Source: Octopus sinensis
Lineage: Eukaryota
Assembly: GCF_006345805.1 (NCBI RefSeq)
Contig: NC_042998.1
Coordinates: 143,964,001 to 144,028,000 of the forward strand
DNA: 64,000 nucleotides
Direction: 5' to 3'
Under the pieces are notes generated by a model. It was not told where the DNA came from and did not search any database. It was given only the letters and a program-made list of their open reading frames with translations. How positions within the stretch are numbered: the stretch's first letter is position 1; each line of letters begins with the position of its first letter. This document shows positions 1 to 12,052 of this stretch, piece by piece. The position numbers were made by a program, and so were the translations under genes.

Positions 1-403
1 TAATTGTAAACCGTAACCCTCGCCCTTTCGGAGAAGGGGCTTTGGTTATTGTTTAAAAATTGAATTGTGTCCCTGTTTGGGAAAATTGACAATATTTTCA
101 ACGTCTTTACGGAAGCATTTTTGTTAAAATGCCTTCGATAGAAGAAAGTCCAAAATGAATTTCACTGCAGCCGTACACTTCTATACAAGAGGGAGGACAA
201 GATCCAATTGATCGAAATTGCAAGAGACGGGCCTACAATTCCAGTCTGTTATATATTTTGAGTATTGTTATCACTAGCGATATCAAGATATAACTTTGTA
301 TTTTGTATTTTATGTGTAGATGTATATATATAGATGTACATGTAATATGTACACATATATATACACATATATACATGCATAATATATCTACCCATACACA
401 CAT

Positions 404-438
<35 letters not shown>

Positions 439-581
439 TAGGGGCAGGTGTGGATGTGTGGTAACAAACTACGTTCCAAACACATGGTCCTGGGTTCATG
501 TACATATATACATACATACATCCATACATACATACATGTGTGTGTGTGTGTGTATGTATGTGTATTAATGTGTGTGTGTTA

Positions 582-970
582 TCTCTCTATATATAAAGCC
601 GAAGTTGTCTGTGTGTACCAGGTTTGGTAACCTTCAACTAACACTATCTCCTCCAAGACCCTGCAGCGCAAGTTGACCAAAATTGAGAGTATGATAGAAG
701 AAGGGTTGCTCTTCTTTCCGTAGAAGATAAAATTCAAATCGGACCATGTTAACACCAAAAATTATTTACATCAAAAAGGTGCTTTTTTCTATGAAAATCC
801 CTATTTTTTTACGATTTTTTCACTGCTGTGTCGCCACTTTTCGGTGTATTTCAACCAGAAAAACGTTTACTTGAAGAGAATAACAAGCTACATAATATAA
901 AATTACTTTTCAAAAATTCCAATTGCAGTGGGTCGAAACAAACCCGAGCAACGCCGGGCGATACTGCTAG
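582..970 (+). mobile_element. Non-autonomous Helitron
   Basis: A|TC 5' end, subterminal hairpin CCCGAGCAACGCCGGG (943-958), 3' CTAG|T, no TSD. Confidence 0.8.
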
Positions 971-1435
971 TCTCTTATGATCTCTTATTATAAAAGGCAG
1001 ATTTTATCTGCCTCCCTTTGGGAGTTATACAAATCTACAATATAGGATTTCTTCAATTACAATTTACCTACCATTTTTAAGAGTACAATGCATCGCGTCA
1101 TGCCAGGTCCAGTTTTTAAAATTTAAACTCCAATTAAGCAAAATTTACAGAAAACTCACATTCTGGTGTGTGTGTCAAATGCTTTTCTTAGTCTGGTTTA
1201 CACCACACGCAAACGCACACACACAGTGGGCAACGAATAAAGTGAAACTAGATGTAATATTTGTTTCTCTCTATCACGCTGATAGATACACGAGTAAAAT
1301 GTATGGGAAGCTAACACATAAGTGTGAGTGAAAATGTTCTTGGAAGAGAGTAAATAGCCAGAGATAGTGATTTGAGGAAGACTTTACATTAAATAACCGT
1401 ACTGGCTTGTGTTAGTAATAAAGTAAACATACACT

Positions 1436-1600
1436 CATACATACATACATACATACATACATACATACATACATACATACATACACACACACACATACAT
1501 ACACACACATACATACACACATACATACATACATACATATACATACATACATATACATACATACATACACACACACACACATACACACACACACACAGTA
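1436..1600. repeat. (TACA)n/(CA)n compound microsatellite
   Basis: Directly visible; similar tracts at 320-580 and 1660-1875. Confidence 0.95.
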
Positions 1601-1825
1601 TTGAAGCTTGAGAACAATCAGATACATTTGCAACACATCTGTTGAAAATATTATTGTTCACACACATACATATACATATATACATACAGACAGACAGACA
1701 GATAGACACACACACACACACACACACACACATGATCCAGCATGGCCACAACCTCAAGGCTGAAACATATAAAAGAATAACAGAATATAAATGTGTGCAT
1801 GTGTGTGAGAGAGAGAGTGTGTGTG

Positions 1826-1857
<32 letters not shown>

Positions 1858-2039
1858 TGTATGTATGTATATATAATAATGCGGTTTTTTCAACAGCTTG
1901 AACTAAAAGTCAGAGGGGAATGGGATAAACTACTTATATTAACTTGCTATAAAAGCAGGTAGTAATTTTATCTTGTCCTTATTCATAGTGCAAGTTTTGA
2001 AGAGTGCATTTCGATTTTAACAGCTATTTTTTTCAAAGC

Positions 2040-2310
2040 TATATTGGAACAGCCTAGAAGACGAGCCTCATCCTGAAAGATCTGTAGAACTCGACAAGGA
2101 CATCCTGAAAACCCTGGTGGAACAAAATCTCATCGTAACTGTTGAGGAACTAGCAGAGAAGCTTGGATTTGTTCATTCAACCATTCATTGAGACCTGTGT
2201 GCTATCGGAAAAGTCAGCAAATTGGGTCAATGGGTTCCTCACGAACTTTCCGAGTCTAATTGCATGCAGAGAGTGAATGTATGCTTTTCTTTGCTGTCAC
2301 ATCTCACCAC
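2040..2310 (+). mobile_element. Mariner transposase fragment
   Basis: Translates to ILKTLVEQNLIVTVEELAEKLGF..STIH*..IGKVSKLGQWVPHEL (HTH plus WVPHEL motif). Confidence 0.8.
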
Positions 2311-2326
2311 TACTGCGCTATGTATA

Positions 2327-2962
2327 TCTATATATATAAAACTGTAGTTGTGTGAGTGTCTGTCCCCTTCGATTTAGATTCCTAACTACTCCCACATTTT
2401 GCGGTGCAGTTTAACCAAATTCGGGTAGCTTATAGTCGTGATTCATATCGAGCCCGTCTGAGTATTAGCGCGCGTCTACGATGAGTCTACGATTTTAAAA
2501 ATAATTTAACATCATTTTTTATTCCATTTTAATGCATAATTTTTCGTGTGTCGATGGCGGCGGAGTTGGCGTCCACGCTCACACCTGCACCTGTGGGGAA
2601 GGGAGTGTAAGGAAATCAACGTCATAATGCGTTGTCAAGGAGACCAGCGTTCTTTTAGAACAACGACTTCATGGCTTGAAGACACCAAAACAGAAATGGC
2701 TAAGAAAGCGTCTACATGAGTCTACGATTTAAAAAAAAATTTACCATCGTTTTTTTTCCATTTTAATGCATTTTTCGCTATTATATAAGGGAAGTAACTC
2801 TCTAAAAATGTCTACGATGAGTCAACGATTTTTCAAAAAATTTACCATCATATTTTTTCCATTTTTAATGCATTTTTTGCTATTTTTTGGCTATAACTCT
2901 CTAAAAATGCTTATATAGTTATTTCCCTTACAAACCCGAGCAACGCCGGGCGATACTGCTAG
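2327..2962 (+). mobile_element. Non-autonomous Helitron
   Basis: A|TCTATATATATAAA start; same 3' hairpin and CTAG|T as 582-970; internal sub-repeat TCTACGATGAGTCTACGATTT occurs three times. Confidence 0.8.
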
Positions 2963-3500
2963 TCTTATGATAAAAGGCAGATTTTCTCTGCCTGTTACCA
3001 TGTTCGTTTTTAATACAATTCTACAATATAGAATTTCTTCAATTGGAATTTACCTATGATTTTTCGAAGTAGAATCGATTGGGTCATGGCATATAAAGTT
3101 TTTTCAATTTGACCCCCAATTAAGCAAAAATTCGAGAAAAGTAAATATTTTACGATTTGCCTCTCTAATTTCAACTGCTTCACTCCTGCTATTACTACAC
3201 TTTCTCCTACTTTCTCTTTGCAAGTGTACCTTAAACCACTACTCAAAAAATTCAGAGCAAACAGAAACAAATAAATACATAACGATTTACTCCTCACCCA
3301 ATTTCTTCAATTGGAATTTACCTATGATTTTTCGAAGTACATTCCATTCGGTCATGGCATATAAATTTCTTTCAATTTGACCCCCAATTAAGCAAAAATT
3401 CGAGAAAACTCAATATTTTACGATTTCCCTCTCTCACTTCAAAGGCTTTACTCCGCCTATTACCACACTTTCTCCTACTTTCTCTTTACACACATAGACA
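2963..3500 (+). repeat. Helitron-associated repeat (TCTTATGATAAAAGGCAGATTTT...), with a related copy at about 971-1170 and an internal direct repeat 3030-3220 / 3300-3490
   Basis: Direct similarity between 980-1160 and 2963-3140; internal duplication visible. Confidence 0.65.
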
Positions 3501-3991
3501 CGCAAACATATACATATATGACAGTGACAAACACAAACGTTTCAAACAACTACATACAAACACTCAAACACACACACACACACGTGTGTGTTTGTTATTA
3601 GTAAAAAAGGCACCAAACACAATTCACTTTCTCATTCGAACACATTTGCAAACACACAGCAACAATTCACTGACATATGGTGAGTAGATGCTAGCCGCTC
3701 ACATTATGAGTTACAATATTACACCAATTCTACTGGGACTGTTGTCTACTTCCCATTAGTTTTTAGTGTCCAGGAAACAAAACTTTCTCAAGAAATAACA
3801 AAAAGAAACACTCCTAGATTTCACAAAGGACTTTAAGAAACAATAGGAACTAAGTTCAGTTGAAGAAAAGAGACGGATTTAAGGAAATCAGACGGTCGAA
3901 TTAGAATGATAACTCAACAGAAAAGGTAAATTGGTTTTTAATTTACTTTCTGTTGCTAAGTTTTCGTAGTATTAATTTGCGAGCGTACTTC

Positions 3992-6841
3992 ACCCAATGA
4001 CTGGCGTAGCAGCACCATAGTCAACTGCTACAAGGGTAAGGGTGATGCTCTAGATAGAAATAACTACAGGGGTATTAAACTGTTGGATCAGGTGATGAAG
4101 ACCACAGAGAGGGTCATAACCCATCTCATTAGGGAGAGAATTTGCTTAGATGAGATGCAGTTCGGTTTTGTGCCAGGTAGAAGCACCACTGATGCTATAT
4201 TCCTGGTCCGACAACTGCAGGAGAAGTACCTAGCTAAAGATAAACCCCTCTACATAGCTTTTGTGGACTTGGAGAAAGCCTTTGACAGGGTTCCCCGATC
4301 CCTTATTTGGTGATCGATGCAGAAACTGTTGATTGACGAATGGCTAATAAGGGCTGTACAGGCTCTATACAGAGAGGCTGTCAGCAAGGTTAGGATTGGC
4401 AACGAATATAGTGAAGAATTCCGGGTAGAAGTAGGTGTACATCAGGGCTCAGCCCTCAGTCCCCTTTTATTCATCATAGTTAGGCAATAACAGAGGAATT
4501 CAAAACAGGTTGCCCCTGGGAGCTCCTCTATGCTGATGACCTGGCCCTCATAGCAGAATCACTACCGGAACTAAAAAAGAAATTTCGGATGTGGAAACAA
4601 GGGTTAGAATCTAAGGGCCTTAAAGTAAATGTAGTGAAGACCAAAGTTATAGTATGCAGAAAGGCGAACTCAGCACCCCCCCCCCCCCATCGGGCAGGTG
4701 GCCCTGCTCGAGCTGTAGGAAAGGTGTAGGTAGAAACTCCATAAGATGCACCCAGTGTAAGCTATGGACGCATAAGAGGTGCAGCAACATCAAAGGGAAA
4801 TTAACTGATAAGATAGCTTTCATGTGCGGCAGATGCACAGGGACAATAGACACCACAGACACTCAAAAAACAGATTCCATCACACTCCAGGAGGATAAAC
4901 TAGAAGTAGTTGATAGTTTCCGCTACCTGGGTGACCAAGTTAGTAGTGGGGGTGGATGCTCAGAGAGTGTCACTACTAGAATACGAATAGCCTGGGCAAA
5001 GTTTAGAAAGCTCCTACCCCTACTGGCGACAAAGGGTCTCTCACTCAGAGTGAAAGGTAGATTGTATGATGCATGTGTGCGAACTGCCATGCTTCACGGC
5101 AGTGAAACATGGGCCGTGACTGCAGAGGACATGCGTAGACTTGAAAGAAATGAAGCTAGCATGATCTGCTGGATGTGTAATGTCAGTGTGAATGCACGAC
5201 AGAGTGTAAGCACCCTGAGAGAAATGCTAGGCATAAGAAGCATCAGATGCGGTGTGCAAGAGCGACACTTGCGATGGTATGGTCATGTACTGCGGATGGA
5301 TGAGGAGAGATGTGTGAAGAAGTGCCACTCCCGAACAGTTGAAGGAATCAGGGGGAGAGGTAGACCCAGGAAGACATGGGATGAGGTAGTCAAGCATGAC
5401 CTCAGAGCGTTGGGCCTCACTGAGGCAATGGCGAAGGACCGAGACCTCTGGAGATGTGCTGTGAGTACTAAGACCCGGGATGCTCCCGGCACCAGTTCCG
5501 CATACCCCCTGCCCATCCAAAGTACCTTGGATCCCGGAACATCTCGCTGTGCTTGAGGAGACCTGTCAAGTCAAGTGCATGTACATGTACATGAACATCG
5601 AATCAAATATCAATGGAAACAGTAGTTGTGATACCTGTGCCAGTGACACATAGAAAGCACCATCTGATCGTGGCCGTCGCCAGTGCAGCCTCCAATGGCT
5701 TCTGTGCCGGTGGCACATAAAAAGCTCCATCCGAACGTGACCGATGCCAACCCCGCCTCGAATGGCTCCTGTGCCGGTGGCACATGAATATCGAACCAAA
5801 TATCAATGGAAACAGTAGTTGTGATACCTGTGCCGGTGACACATATAAAGTACCGTCCGAACGAGGCTGTTGCCAGTGCAGCCTCCACTGGCTTCTGTGC
5901 TGGTGGCACATAAAAAGCACCATCCGAACATGACCGATGCCAACCCCGCCTCGAATGGCTTCTGTGCCGGTGGCACGTGAATATCGAACCAAAATATCAA
6001 TGGAAACAGTAGTTGTGATACCTGTGCCGGTGACACATAAAAAGCACCATCTGAACGTAGCCGTTGCCAGTGCAGCCTCCACTGGCTTCTGTGCCGGTGG
6101 CACATAAAAAGCACCATCCGAACGTGACCGATGCCAACCTCGCCTCGAATGGCTTCTGTGCCGGTGGCACATAAAAAGCAACATCCGAACGTGGCCGATG
6201 CCAGCACCACCCCGACTGGCTTCTGTGCCGGTGGCACATAAAAAGCACCAACCGATTGTGGGATCCCGGAACATCTCGCTGTGCTTGAGGAGACCTGTTG
6301 AGTCAAGTGTATGTACATGAACATCGAACCAAATATCAATGGAAACAGTAGTAGTTGTGATACCTGTGCCGGTGACACATAAAAAGCACCATCTGAACGT
6401 GGCCGTTGCCAGTGCAGCCTCCACTGGCTTCTGTGCCGGTGGCACATAAAAAGCACCATCCGAACGTGACCGATGCCAACCCTGCCTCGAATGGGTTCTG
6501 TGCCGGTGGCACATAAAAAGCAACATCTGAACATGGCCAATGCCAGCACCGCCCTGACTGGCTTCTGTGCCGGTAGCACAAAAAAAAAAAAAAAAAAAAG
6601 CACCAACTGATTGTGGCCGATGCCAGACCCCTCTGGCACCTGTGCAGGTGGCACGTAAAAAGTACCCACTACACTCGCGGAGTGGTTGGCGTTAGGAAGG
6701 GCATCCAGCTTTAGAAACACTGCCAGATCAGACTGGAGCCTGGGGCAGCCCCTGGCTCCCCAGACCCCGGTCGAACCGTCCAACCCGTGCTAGCGCGGAA
6801 AACAGACATTAAACGATGATGATGATGATGATGATGATGAC
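3992..6841 (+). mobile_element. RTE-clade LINE, 5'-truncated, with an expanded tandem 3'UTR and (GAT)n tail
   Basis: PNDW..NCYKGKGD..NYRGIKL, QFGFVPGRSTTDAIF, FVDLEKAFDRVP, LLYADDL, FRYLG, LRWYGHV, RGRPRKTW; premature TGA at 4311 and a frameshift near 4480; ends CATTAAAC(GAT)n. Confidence 0.92.
5529..6665 (+). repeat. Hierarchical tandem repeat in the RTE 3'UTR (~60-bp unit CTGTGCCGGTGGCACATAAAAAGCACC...)
   Basis: The unit recurs more than 12 times; a higher-order block starts at about 5597, 5789, 5982 and 6322; GGATCCCGGAACATCTCGCTGTG is duplicated at 5529 and 6260. Confidence 0.9.
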
Positions 6842-7145
6842 TTCAGTTGTTAATTGTTGAAAGAAAATTGTAAGCTAAGAAGGTGTGTGTGTGTGTGTGT
6901 GTGTGCGTGTGTGTGCGTGTGTGTGTGTGTGTGTACGTAATCTAAAAGTGTACTGAAAGGCACATGTTACTAAAAGCATCTTGGCTCAGTAAACAGCTCC
7001 ACACTGTTATACTTCACAATAACCTTCATAGCTCAGCATTTTGTATACATAAATATATGTGTGTATTATATGTTTATATACAATGTATATACTACATATA
7101 TATAGTGCATGTAAATAGTGTACATATGTCTGTAATATACATAGT

Positions 7146-7175
7146 ATGTGTGTGTGTATATATATATATATATAT

Positions 7176-7249
<74 letters not shown>

Positions 7250-7262
7250 ATAGATATAGATA
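7146..7262. repeat. (TG)n(TA)n(GATA)n microsatellite
   Basis: Directly visible. Confidence 0.95.
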
Positions 7263-7264
7263 TA

Positions 7265-7480
7265 ATACTGCTGGCCCAGTTGTCGGATATGACCCCTTCT
7301 TGTACAAACCTGATTAACTATAGAGGTGACTACTCTACCAGATATTTGAAGCAAATCAGTGGTGATTACTGATGGACCAGGGGCATGATTGGCCTTTGCA
7401 CCTTTTATTGCTTTATCTATCATATTGTTCTCAACTAGGATACCTCGTCCCTCTGTAGGGTCTTCACTGGGACGGCACAT
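7265..7480 (-). mobile_element. Degraded RTE fragment
   Basis: TEG..I....IDKAIK..K...APGPS.IT.DLL matches the RTE copy at 16620-16760. Confidence 0.7.
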
Positions 7481-7802
7481 TTAGTAACCTTTCAAAGTAC
7501 CACTTTTATGCTTCTTTCTTTCCAGAAACATTAAGTGCAAGTGAACTATTATCCATCCACACACATTTCTTATCTACATCATCTTGATTCTCCAACAGTT
7601 GTCTTTCTTAAAAGAGAGCATCCTTTGTACTTCTTCCACATACAAAACCAAACTGCATCTCATCTAGATTAGCTCTCTTCCTGATTAATTGGGATATTAC
7701 TCTTTCCCTAAGTGCTAGTGTTCAGATAAATTCTCTTGCAATTGAAACACTTCATACCTCTGATCCTCTCACTGTAGAACATCAGCAAAATTCTTACTTT
7801 CA

Positions 7803-9091
7803 ACAAGGGTTGATTTAAAATTCCATAAGCTGACCAAGATACACTCATGGAAAGTGGTCAAATGAGATTTATTTTTCAGCATCGTCTCCCTTGCAGTCCA
7901 CACACTTCTTCCATCAGTGTTGCAGAGCTTGGATCCCATTGGTGAAGAAGCTTTCATCTTGTTGGTCAAAAACATCATGAGCTGCAGATATGTTGTCATC
8001 ATCAATGCGATACTGGTTCCCAGCAAAGTGTTTTTCTATTGGGGAACACATGATAATCAGATGGAGCCAAATCAGGAGAATAAGGAGACTGACCAGCCAG
8101 TTCAAAGTCACGCTCATGCACAGCAGCCATTGAAACAAAGGACTTGTGTGCTGGAGCATTATCTTGATGCAAAAAGACCCCTTTTGTCAACTTTCCTGGG
8201 CATTTAGTCTTGATAGCCTTTCATAACTGTCTCAGCATGTTGGCATAGTGCTTTCCATTGATAGTGTGGCCCTTTTGAAGATAGTCAATAAATACAATTC
8301 CTTTTGTATCCCAGAAACTGAGGCCATCACCTTCCCTGCAGATGAAACAAACTTGGCCTTCTTTGAAGCAAGTGAAGAGGAGTGTTTCCACTGTATGGAT
8401 TGTCACTTTTGTCTCTGACTCAAAGTGATGAACTGAAGCCAACACTCATCCTGGGTTAAGAAACGTTCAAAGAAACCAGCTGGATCTGCCTCAAGAAATG
8501 TTGGATTTTCCCATGATGTGATCAGCCTGGTGCACTATTGATCAGATGTCAGAAGACATGGCACCTACTGAGCAGAAACCTTCGTCATACCATGTTTATT
8601 GTGCAAAATATTCTCAACTCTTTTACAGGATATGCTAATAGCATTGGCTATTTGATTTATAGTCAGTTGCCTGTAACCCATCACCAAATGATGAACACAA
8701 TCAGTGTTTTCCTCTATGTTGGCAGTCACAGCACGTACAGACATTGGGTTAATGTTAAGACTCTCTCTTCCCCTCCTAAATTCATCCACCCACTTTTGCA
8801 CTGTTTATAAAGCTAGAGCTTCATCTCCTAATATGGCAACCATGTCAGTAAGAATGTCCTTAAGGGCTAAATCCTTTTTCTGCAGATACTTGATGACACC
8901 ACAATGCCAAATTTTGTCCATTTAAGAGAAGTTAATACTAGTTACTTTTCTTTGAGCAGTCAGGTGCTGGTTTACCCAAAAAATCAATACACTTATTAAT
9001 AAGAAGTGTTAAAATTAATTCATGCAAGATTTCACAGCTCCAGTATCATTTCTTCAGAGTCAGTCTATGAACTTTTCAGCTCACCCTCATA
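7803..9091 (-). mobile_element. Decayed full-length mariner element (~1.3 kb)
   Basis: Fragmented ORFs with QKWVDEFRRGRES, FWDTKGIVFIDYLQKG, HQDNAPAH, SPYSPDLAPSDY; degenerate TIRs at 7803-7835 and 9060-9091. Confidence 0.88.
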
Positions 9092-11020
9092 TTCCTCCCT
9101 TTGCCTAATGCCTAACTGCTATGACTAATTGATATGTAAGCCTAATGCCTAACTGATATAATTCTCAGCTGCCTCCATTTATCCAGTCTTTCCAAACCAG
9201 TCTTTTTCACTTTTATGGCTCTGTCTACCTCACTGTTCCACTACCATGTCACTCATGATCTTGTTGGTGCAAAGTCCCAGCCAGATCAAGAGCTCTCAGT
9301 AGGTTGTCCCATGCTATATGTCTCTAACTCCTCCTTTTTACCAAAAAGCTTTAACTGGAAAATCTCTAAATTTCTGACTATTTGTTGGGTCTTTAAGTTT
9401 TCATATCTTCTTTTTCCAGACTGATTTGTGTGTCTGGGTCCTTCTAGCTTTATTTGAAATCACTAACCTATGTTGGAGTTGTATATTCTTCACCAGGAAA
9501 AGACCTTGCATTCACAAGCTGCCTAACATGTCCATTGAAGTTACCAGTAATAATAATAGGGTCATTGTCATCAAGATAATTTACAAAAGGTCCTCCAATT
9601 TATCTGCTAGCTCAGATTGTGGAGATTAAGCAGAAATAAATGTTACTGTTGCTTTATCCAAGACAAGTCTCAGTTTATTTCACACTCACGACCTTCACTC
9701 ACTGAGTTTTCTTTTCACTTAATGAAATAATAGACAGTGATTCACTTTCATGGACATATTACTTTGAGAATATATTATGGCACTTCATCTCCACTACCAC
9801 CCTCTCACAACAGTAAATCCATTCCTCCCATTGTACTGTAACTTCCCACAACACTACATCTAAGTCAATCACTGTCTTTACTATTCTCTCTTTCACTGTT
9901 TGGAGGTTGTATTGCCTCGAGAGTTTCAAGATGACCTCATTAGTGCTGGTGGCATGAAACTACACTAAATAAACATTGTAAAGTGGCTGGTTTTAGGGAT
10001 GATATCCAATCCTGCCAATAAATAAATAAATAAATGAATAAAAATAAAGCTAAAACTGAGACATTTGGATCATGTTGAATCATCTAATCCATGCCACATG
10101 GAAAGCAAACATGAAATGATGATGATGATGATGATGTTTGTGTGTGTGCTTCCTAAATATTATAGGTTCAAGTTCAGTCCTCTTGCAGAGCACCTTGGGC
10201 AAGTATCTTCTGCCATAACTCCAAGCTGACCAATGGCCTGTGAGTGGATTTAGTAAATGGAAATGAAACCTATCACATGCATATGCATATATATATTGTA
10301 CATACACACATATACATATATGTTGTACAACATATGTGTAGGTATATGCACACACATACAGGTGTTAGTGTCTATATCTCTTGACTGCATAATGTTTGTA
10401 AATAAGTGTCACTGTTATACAAGTGATGCCATTCGTTTCCAATTTACCATGAAAACATATCTAACCATAGAGAAATATTACCTCTCTCAGAAAACAGACG
10501 AGGGTTAGCATCAAGAAGAGCATCTGGTTGTAGAAAAATCTACCTCAAAATCATGTCTGACTTATGTACCCATGAAAAAGTGGATGCTAAAATGATGATG
10601 ATGGTCATCATCATATAACATCCATTTTCTATGCTGGCATAGGTTGGACAGTTTGACCAGAGCTGACAAACTGGACCAGGGTCCAAGCTGAGGTAGCTTG
10701 GTTTCTACAGCTTGATGCCCTTCCTAATGCCAACCACTTTACAGAATGTGCTGGATGCTTTTTATGTGACACTAGTATGGGGATCTTTTCAGATTGGAGG
10801 GGAGCATTAACAGTTCTGCTGTAGTACACAGGTCATTTTTAGAACAGCAAAGCACACTAGATATCACAGTCCTTTGTCATCTCCTTCATAAGGCTCAGTG
10901 TCCTGAGACAAGCCTTCAGTACTTCATCCCATGTCTTCTTAGCTCTCCCTCTCCTACAAGTTCCATCCACTTTAAGTGAACGACACTAAGTCTTTACTAT
11001 TCTTTAAAGCAATATATATA

Positions 11021-11372
11021 TATTTAGATAATGTTAGTTATGGCTGGTTCATAGGGTTACCCAGGGTTTCACATCCATTAAGTGCTTAGTTTTATACATG
11101 TCTCATCTAATCCTAATGGCTAGCAGTCTATAACCTCTCATCAAATTGGGAGGAGAAAAGGCCTCGTAACTAGTTTTTGAACACGCAAACAAAGAATTTC
11201 GCATCAGTGTGATCAAAAACTAGCCACGAGACCTTTTCTCCGTCCAATTTGAAGAGAAGTTATAGGCCACTGGCCATTAGGGTCTGACAGGACATATGTG
11301 AAGCTAAGCACTTTATGGACATGAAACCCTGGGTAACCCTATGAACTGGCCATAACTCACATTATTTAAATA
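11021..11372. mobile_element. Long foldback / palindromic MITE (~160-bp arms, ~22-nt loop)
   Basis: 11021-11184 is the reverse complement of 11209-11372 at roughly 80% identity (e.g. GTTCATAGGGTTACCCAGGGTTTCA / TGAAACCCTGGGTAACCCTATGAAC). Confidence 0.9.
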
Positions 11373-11429
11373 CTCTGCTACTCTGTAACTTAAGGTGTGT
11401 TTCTCTTTCTGATTTATGGTTTACTGACA

Positions 11430-12052
11430 ATGTATGTGCGTGTGCATGCACAACAGAGTGTAAATGATTTAAGAGAAGAGACATCAAATGTTGTTTGCAA
11501 GAGAGAAGACTGTGCTGGTTTGGTCATGTGATGCATATGGATGAGGACAGCTGTGTAAAGAAGTGTTGATCTCTAAGGGCACCTGAGGAAGGAGTAGGCC
11601 CAAGAAGACATGGGACAAAGTGGTGAGGAAAGATTTTCAGACGCAGGGCTTCACTGAGGAACAACAAGGGACTGGGACATGTGGCAATTTGCTGTACTTG
11701 ATAAGATACATCAAGCTAAGTAAAATCACTGTATTCTACGCATTCAGGCTTGTCCTTTCAGATGCTGGTGCTACTTAAAAGCACCCATGCCAGTGCAGCA
11801 TTAATGCACCTGCACTGGTGTTATGTAACACACCCATGCCGGTGGCACATAAAAAGCACACAGCACACTCTGTTAAGTGGTTGGTATTAGGAAGGGCATC
11901 CAACTGTAGAAACCATGCTCCCTGCTAGCCAGTTCCATTGAAAGCTCTCTGCTAGCCAGCTCCACATCAAACTGTCCAACCCATGCCAGTAGGAAAGCGA
12001 AAGCAGACGTTAAATGATGATGATGATGATGATGCTGATGAATATGATGATG
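11430..12052 (+). mobile_element. Degraded RTE 3' end with 3' module and (GAT)n tail
   Basis: WFGHV.HMDED..VKKC, RPKKTWD remnants; GGAAGGGCATCC module; CGTTAAAT(GAT)n. Confidence 0.8.

Noticed and set aside
233-1962. Many Cys/Val/Met/Tyr- or His/Thr-rich ORFs
   Set aside because: They are translations of (CA)n/(TACA)n microsatellites, not genes.
5566-6783. Long minus-strand ORFs (307 and 326 aa) with repeated peptides, and a CRISPR-like look
   Set aside because: These are antisense read-through of the RTE 3'UTR tandem repeat. The intervening sequences are themselves repeated, there are no cas genes, and the context is eukaryotic.
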